Source of the DNA: an uncultured Campylobacter sp.
Lineage (GTDB): Bacteria; Campylobacterota; Campylobacteria; Campylobacterales; Campylobacteraceae
Reading direction: 5' to 3'
DNA length: 52,971 nt
NCBI RefSeq assembly: GCF_938045595.1
Contig: NZ_CALIBB010000123.1
Span: 1-52,971 of the forward strand
Position 1 is the stretch's first letter; each line of letters begins with the position of its first letter. The translations under genes were made by a program, and so were the position numbers. This document shows positions 48,346 through 52,971 of the stretch, one piece after another. Below the pieces are notes generated by a model. That model was not told where the DNA came from and ran no database searches. It saw nothing but the letters and a program-made list of their open reading frames with translations.

Positions 48346-49068
48346 TTAATAATACGTAAATGGATTTTTTTGCTCGCTTATTATAACTTCAATTTCGCTT
48401 TTTTGCAAGAAAGGTGCGAGCGCGCGCCCAAAATAGCGCTCACTTTCAAAATGATTTATGTCGATCAAACTCACGCCGTTTTCTAAATTTTGAAGCGCCG
48501 CATGATATTTTATGTCGCCCGTAATGAAGCAGTCTACGCCCAAGCTTTGGTTCAGTTCGCTTCCGCTGCCGGTGCAAAGCGCGATATTTTGGATGAAATT
48601 TTTCGTCTTCACGGCGCGCAGATGCTCGATGCCAAGCTTGCGTTTTATATCCGCGCACAGAGCCTCAAAGCTCAAATCCGCGCGCATGAAAACCAAAAAT
48701 TCCCGCTCATCCGTAATTTCAAATTTTAAAATTTCGCGCGCTACGAACCCGTTTAAAACGTGCTTGTCAAAGTTCGTATGCATCGCGATGAGAGAGATAT
48801 TTTTGCGGATCATCTCATAGATCAAATTTGCAGGATAAAGCCGCGGATCGAGCGATTTTAGCGGGCTGAAAATCAGCGGGTGGTGTACCACCAAAAGCGA
48901 GCCCGCCTCAGCCTCGCGCACCAGCTCGCTAGTAACGTCGAGACTTAGATAGATTTTTGAAATTTCATCATCCAAGCTTCCGAGCATTAGCCCGCTATTA
49001 TCCCACGCCTCCGCATCGCAAAAAGGCGCGGCGGCGTTTAAAATTTCATAAATTTCGCCCGTTTTCAT
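48346..49068 (-). CDS. Nif3-like dinuclear metal centre protein
   Basis: WDNSGL, HHPLIF, HTNFD, TGDIKYH and HFESE motifs. Confidence 0.93.
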   Translation of the reverse strand: MKTGEIYEILNAAAPFCDAEAWDNSGLMLGSLDDEISKIYLSLDVTSELVREAEAGSLLVVHHPLIFSPLKSLDPRLYPANLIYEMIRKNISLIAMHTNFDKHVLNGFVAREILKFEITDEREFLVFMRADLSFEALCADIKRKLGIEHLRAVKTKNFIQNIALCTGSGSELNQSLGVDCFITGDIKYHAALQNLENGVSLIDINHFESERYFGRALAPFLQKSEIEVIISEQKNPFTYY

Positions 49069-49073
49069 AAATT

Positions 49074-50072
49074 TTACTTTGCGCTTTTATCTGTTTTATT
49101 TGCGGAATTTTGCTTGCCGTGGGCGTTTTTTAAATTTACGCTCGCAGAATTTGCGCCCGCCGCGCCGCCCTCTTTGCCGCCTTTTTTATCGCTGCACGCC
49201 GCAGCGTCCAGCTCGGCTACGTATTTTTGCGGATCTGCGTAGCAAAGCGCGCAGTTTTTGGCAAGATCGCGGATCTTTAAAATATAATCCTGCCTTTGCG
49301 TGACCGAAATCGCTCCGCGCGCGTCAAGGACGTTGAACGTGTGCGCCGCGAGCATGCAGTAATCATACGCGGGAAGCGCCAGGCCGTGCTTTAGGATACT
49401 TTTGCACTCGCAAAAGCAGTTTTCAAATTGATTAAAAAGCATCGCGGTGTCCGCAAGCTCGAAGTTGTATTTGCTAAACTCGAACTCGCCCCTTTTATGC
49501 ACGTCGCCGTAGGTCACGAGCCCCGCCTTGTCGTCCCAGACGATGTCGTAAACGTCGTCTTTGTTTTGCAGATACATCGCCAAGCGCTCAAGTCCGTAGG
49601 TGATCTCGCCGCTAATTAGCTCGCACGTGATGCCGCCTACCTGCTGAAAATAGGTAAACTGCGTCACCTCCATGCCATCCAGCCAAACCTCCCAGCCAAG
49701 CCCCCAGGCTCCGAGCGTCGGGCTCTCCCAGTTGTCTTCTACGAAGCGGATATCGTGGCTTTTAAGATCTAACCCCAGCTTTTCCAAGCTTTTTAGATAG
49801 AGCTCTTGGATATTATCGGGGCTCGGTTTTAAGATCACCTGAAACTGATAATACGCGCCCAAGCGGTTTGGGTTTTCGCCGTAGCGCCCGTCTGTGGGGC
49901 GACGCGAGGGTGCTACGTATGCCGCGCGCCATGGCTTACTTCCAAGGCTGCGCAAAAATGTAGCCTGATGATAGGTGCCTGCGCCCGCGGGCATATCGTA
50001 GGGCTGAACGAGCAAGCAACCCTGCTCGTGCCAGTAGTTTTGAAGCGTCAAAATAATCTGTGAAAACGTCAT
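49074..50072 (-). CDS. glyQ: Glycine--tRNA ligase alpha subunit with a C-terminal extension
   Basis: [36 protein letters not shown] and [10 protein letters not shown] motifs. Confidence 0.97.
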   Translation of the reverse strand: MTFSQIILTLQNYWHEQGCLLVQPYDMPAGAGTYHQATFLRSLGSKPWRAAYVAPSRRPTDGRYGENPNRLGAYYQFQVILKPSPDNIQELYLKSLEKLGLDLKSHDIRFVEDNWESPTLGAWGLGWEVWLDGMEVTQFTYFQQVGGITCELISGEITYGLERLAMYLQNKDDVYDIVWDDKAGLVTYGDVHKRGEFEFSKYNFELADTAMLFNQFENCFCECKSILKHGLALPAYDYCMLAAHTFNVLDARGAISVTQRQDYILKIRDLAKNCALCYADPQKYVAELDAAACSDKKGGKEGGAAGANSASVNLKNAHGKQNSANKTDKSAK

Positions 50073-50074
50073 TT

Positions 50075-50575
50075 TTATCCTTTTATCGATATGTAAATTT
50101 CAATTTTATCTTCCGAGTGCTTTTCAAAGTCCGTTTTAAAGGCTCTTTGAAGCTTCGAGCTTTTAAAAAATTTCCAAATTCTGGTCCAGTATTCGCCAGC
50201 TCTCGTAAGCTCGTTCGCAAAATCAAAAACCGCGTAATCGCCCGCTTCGATATGTAATTTTTCGCAGGTTTCATCGCGCTCATTTTTGCAGCACTGCTTC
50301 GCGGATTTGCAAGCTTCGTCGTGGCTTTCTTTATGGTGCTGTTCTTTCGAGCAAGTGCCTATTAGCACGGAGTATTCGCCCTGTGCGCCGTTTTCGTAGT
50401 CGTAATACGCAGCATAAATTTCACTTTTCGCAGCGCTGCTTCTGCTAGCGTTAAATTTTAAAAACTCGCCCCACAAATTTGCGATCACCCCTCGCCCGCT
50501 CACCTCATCTGCGTTGTTTGTACGAGCCTTTAAGCCGCAAATTTCAAAGCCTTCGCGCAATTTTAAAATTTTCAA
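50075..50575 (-). CDS. GyrI-like/Cass2 effector-binding domain protein
   Basis: [25 protein letters not shown] and [15 protein letters not shown] motifs. Confidence 0.82.
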   Translation of the reverse strand: MKILKLREGFEICGLKARTNNADEVSGRGVIANLWGEFLKFNASRSSAAKSEIYAAYYDYENGAQGEYSVLIGTCSKEQHHKESHDEACKSAKQCCKNERDETCEKLHIEAGDYAVFDFANELTRAGEYWTRIWKFFKSSKLQRAFKTDFEKHSEDKIEIYISIKG

Positions 50576-50578
50576 AGT

Positions 50579-51079
50579 TTAGCCCTCAAGTAGCACTTCA
50601 ATCTGCTCGGAGTCCTTTTTCAGCGCCTCCGCTTTTGCCGCGCGATCCGCCTTTAGCTTCGAGCTTAGCACCTCGTCGCTTAGAGCTAAAATTTGCACCG
50701 CCAGATACGCCGCGTTTTTCGCGCCCGCCTTGCCGATCGCAAGCGTCGCGACGGGGATACCCGCAGGCATCTGCACGGTCGAATACAGCGCATCTACGCC
50801 GCCAAGCGCGCTGCCGCCGAGCGGGACGCCTAGCACCGGCTTGGTCGTATTCGCAGCGACCGCTCCAGCAAGATGCGCCGCCATGCCCGCCGCACAGATA
50901 AAAACCTGCGCACCCTTTTTCTCGGCGTCCGCGACGTATTTAGCCGTGCGGACGGGGCTTCGGTGCGCCGAAGATACGATCATCTCGTACGGCGCGCCGA
51001 ATTCGTTTAAAATTTTAGCCGCCTCGTAAACGACCTCGTAATCGCTCTTTGAGCCCATTATTATAGAAACAAATTTCAT
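50579..51079 (-). CDS. purE: N5-carboxyaminoimidazole ribonucleotide mutase
   Basis: IMGSKSD, SAHRSP, AGMAAHL and STVQMPAGIPVAT motifs. Start at 51079 after GGAG. Confidence 0.97.
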   Translation of the reverse strand: MKFVSIIMGSKSDYEVVYEAAKILNEFGAPYEMIVSSAHRSPVRTAKYVADAEKKGAQVFICAAGMAAHLAGAVAANTTKPVLGVPLGGSALGGVDALYSTVQMPAGIPVATLAIGKAGAKNAAYLAVQILALSDEVLSSKLKADRAAKAEALKKDSEQIEVLLEG

Positions 51080-52338
51080 TCTATCTCCTTTCTTAAAAAG
51101 CAAAACTCCGCGAGTTTCGCGGGCAGCTTAATCTCCTTTAGATTGCCGCTGTGAATCTCGCTAAATTCCTTACCGCTGCGGCTTTGCAGCCTCTTAAATT
51201 TCAAATATGGCTTGCCGTCAAGCTCAAAAATTTCGCCGATCTCATTATCGCAAGCGCAAATTTTAAAGCCGCGCGGAGCGAAAATTTCATACGAAACGCC
51301 TGGCAAAATTTTATCTTTGACGCTTATAAACTCGCCATCCTGCGAGATCGCGCAGACCTGATGCGTGCCAAGCTCGATGCTGCGGTCTAAATTTTGCGTA
51401 TCCTCTCGCTCGTACGGGCGCTTTATCAAATATCCGTCGCTAAAGCCGCGGTTTTTAAGCGTCGCGATCTCGCGCTCGTAAACGCCGGCCTCAAATTTAT
51501 CGCCCGCGGCATCGTCGATCGCCACGCGGTAGGCGTTCGTGGCGCATGCGACGTAGTATTCGCTCTTGGTGCGCCCTTCGATTTTGAAGCTGTCGATCGC
51601 GCCCGTTTGCATGATCTTTTGCACGTGCGAAATGAGGCTAAGATCCTTCGCGTTCATTACGAAAGTGCCCTCCCCTTCGCGCTCTTGCAAGCGGAAAAGC
51701 GCGCTGGTTTCGGGATTTTTCGCGTAAAGCTCGTAGTTAAATCTACAGTCGTTCGCGCAGCTTCCGCGGTTGCTGAAGCGTCCGCTTTGCACCGCGCTAA
51801 CAAGACAGCGCCCGCTGTATGCGAAACACATCGAGCCGTGCACGAAAATTTCGATCTCGAGGCTCGGAATTTTATCTTTAATCTCCACGGCGTCTTTGAG
51901 CGTCATCTCCCGCGCCGCGACGATGCGCACGGCGCCCAGCTCCGCCCAAACCTGAGCGTCGAGATAGTTTAGCACGTTAGCCTGGGTAGAGACGTGAATC
52001 GGAATTTCTGGAGCTACGGCTCGCGCGAGGCTCGCAACGCCTGGGGTGGCGATTAAAATTCCATCTACGCGCAGATCGCGAAGAAATTCCAAATGCCTTT
52101 CGATATTTCCTAGCTGGCCGTTGGTCGCAAAGCCGTTTACGGTCGCATATAGCTTCTTGCCGCGCTCGTGCGCGTATGCGACGCCCTGCGCGAAGCTTTC
52201 CTTACTAAATTCCTTCGCGCTTCGCTGGCGCAGCGAAAATGAGCCGGTGCTTGCATACACGGCGTCCGCGCCGTAAGCCAGGGCGATTTTTAGTTTCGTT
52301 AAATTCCCAGCAGGAGCTAAGAGTTCGGGTTTTTTCAA
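51076..52338 (-). CDS. Peptidase U32 family protein (probable TrhP-type tRNA hydroxylation enzyme)
   Basis: PELLAPAG, HVSTQAN, HGSMCFAYSGRC, NRGSCANDCR and KIEGR motifs. Confidence 0.92.
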   Translation of the reverse strand: MKKPELLAPAGNLTKLKIALAYGADAVYASTGSFSLRQRSAKEFSKESFAQGVAYAHERGKKLYATVNGFATNGQLGNIERHLEFLRDLRVDGILIATPGVASLARAVAPEIPIHVSTQANVLNYLDAQVWAELGAVRIVAAREMTLKDAVEIKDKIPSLEIEIFVHGSMCFAYSGRCLVSAVQSGRFSNRGSCANDCRFNYELYAKNPETSALFRLQEREGEGTFVMNAKDLSLISHVQKIMQTGAIDSFKIEGRTKSEYYVACATNAYRVAIDDAAGDKFEAGVYEREIATLKNRGFSDGYLIKRPYEREDTQNLDRSIELGTHQVCAISQDGEFISVKDKILPGVSYEIFAPRGFKICACDNEIGEIFELDGKPYLKFKRLQSRSGKEFSEIHSGNLKEIKLPAKLAEFCFLRKEIE

Positions 52339-52409
52339 ATATATTCCTAGTGATTTTTTAAGCGCGATTTTACTACAATTTAGCCAAAAATTTATTTAAG
52401 GAGCAGTTG

Positions 52410-52971
52410 ATGCGAGCCGATCTGCACAACCACACCTATCTTTGCAACCACGCTAACGGCGAGCCACGGCAGTATTTGGAAGCCGCGATCGCACGAGGCA
52501 TAGAAATTTTCGGCTTTGCAGATCACGCGCCGATGAACTTCGATCAAAAATACCGAATGAGCTTCGAGCAGATGGAGCTTTACGAGGGGATGATTAGGGA
52601 TCTGCGAGATGAGTTTAGCGGGCGGATCGACGTGCGGCTGGGATATGAGGTCGATTTTATGACGAAAAAAGAGCTAATAGATGAGCGGATTTTCGCGCGC
52701 GAGGTTGATTACCTCATCGGTTCGGTGCATTTTTTAAACAACTGGGGCTTTGATAACGAGGAATTTTTAGATCAGTGGAGCGGGCGCGAAATAGACGATG
52801 TTTATCGCGAATACTTTGCGCTGATCTGCGCGCTGTGCAAAAGCGGCAAATTCGACATTTTAGGACACATGGATCTGATTAAAATTTTTAAATTTACTCC
52901 GAAAAAAGATATTAGAGTTTTAGCAGGCGGTGCGATAAATGCGATCAAAAAAAGCGGCATCGTCGTGGAGC
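52410..52971 (+). CDS. PHP-family histidinol-phosphatase (HisJ-like); runs off the window edge
   Basis: Not in the ORF track. Manual translation gives MRADLHNHTYLCNHA...GFADHAPM...LGYEVDF...DYLIGSVHF...DILGHMDLIK. AAGGAG RBS. Confidence 0.88.
   Translation, partial: MRADLHNHTYLCNHANGEPRQYLEAAIARGIEIFGFADHAPMNFDQKYRMSFEQMELYEGMIRDLRDEFSGRIDVRLGYEVDFMTKKELIDERIFAREVDYLIGSVHFLNNWGFDNEEFLDQWSGREIDDVYREYFALICALCKSGKFDILGHMDLIKIFKFTPKKDIRVLAGGAINAIKKSGIVVE

Overview
A mostly core-genome window from a Campylobacterota chromosome. Gene order, protein sequences and TATAAT-type promoters point to a relatively GC-rich, non-jejuni Campylobacter; a C. gracilis-like organism is my inference. Housekeeping blocks: bamD-lon; rpe with a DEDDh exonuclease; rpmB-K+ channel-argJ; pheS-pheT-aroA-ispH-rpsA-serA; hinT; dps; M23 peptidase-bactofilin; tRNA-Ser(GCT); and a long minus-strand run from a U32 gene through purE, glyQ, nif3, a Zn-ribbon gene, waaA, an RluA-family gene, ffh, rpsP, khpA, rimM, trmD to rplS. 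Accessory inserts: two tandem pseudopilins, two GyrI-like genes, a GntP permease with glycerate kinase, a DUF3137-like gene, an orphan lipoprotein and a two-gene activase/dehydratase-like operon. Best candidate for an undescribed system: a metal (probably zinc) locus at 18.0-22.1 kb. It has a Fur-family regulator lacking the usual His cluster, a possible ligand-less CZB-fold protein, a palindromic operator, a very His-rich ZnuA with no ABC permease or ATPase beside it, and a DUF1007-RcnA/HoxN (ZevA-ZevB-like) fusion. Other signals: interleaved helices (pseudoknot or switch) in the rpsP leader, very dense RAATTY sites in intergenic DNA, and low-complexity in-frame expansions in several conserved proteins. 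No CRISPR array, IS element, integrase or rRNA was seen.
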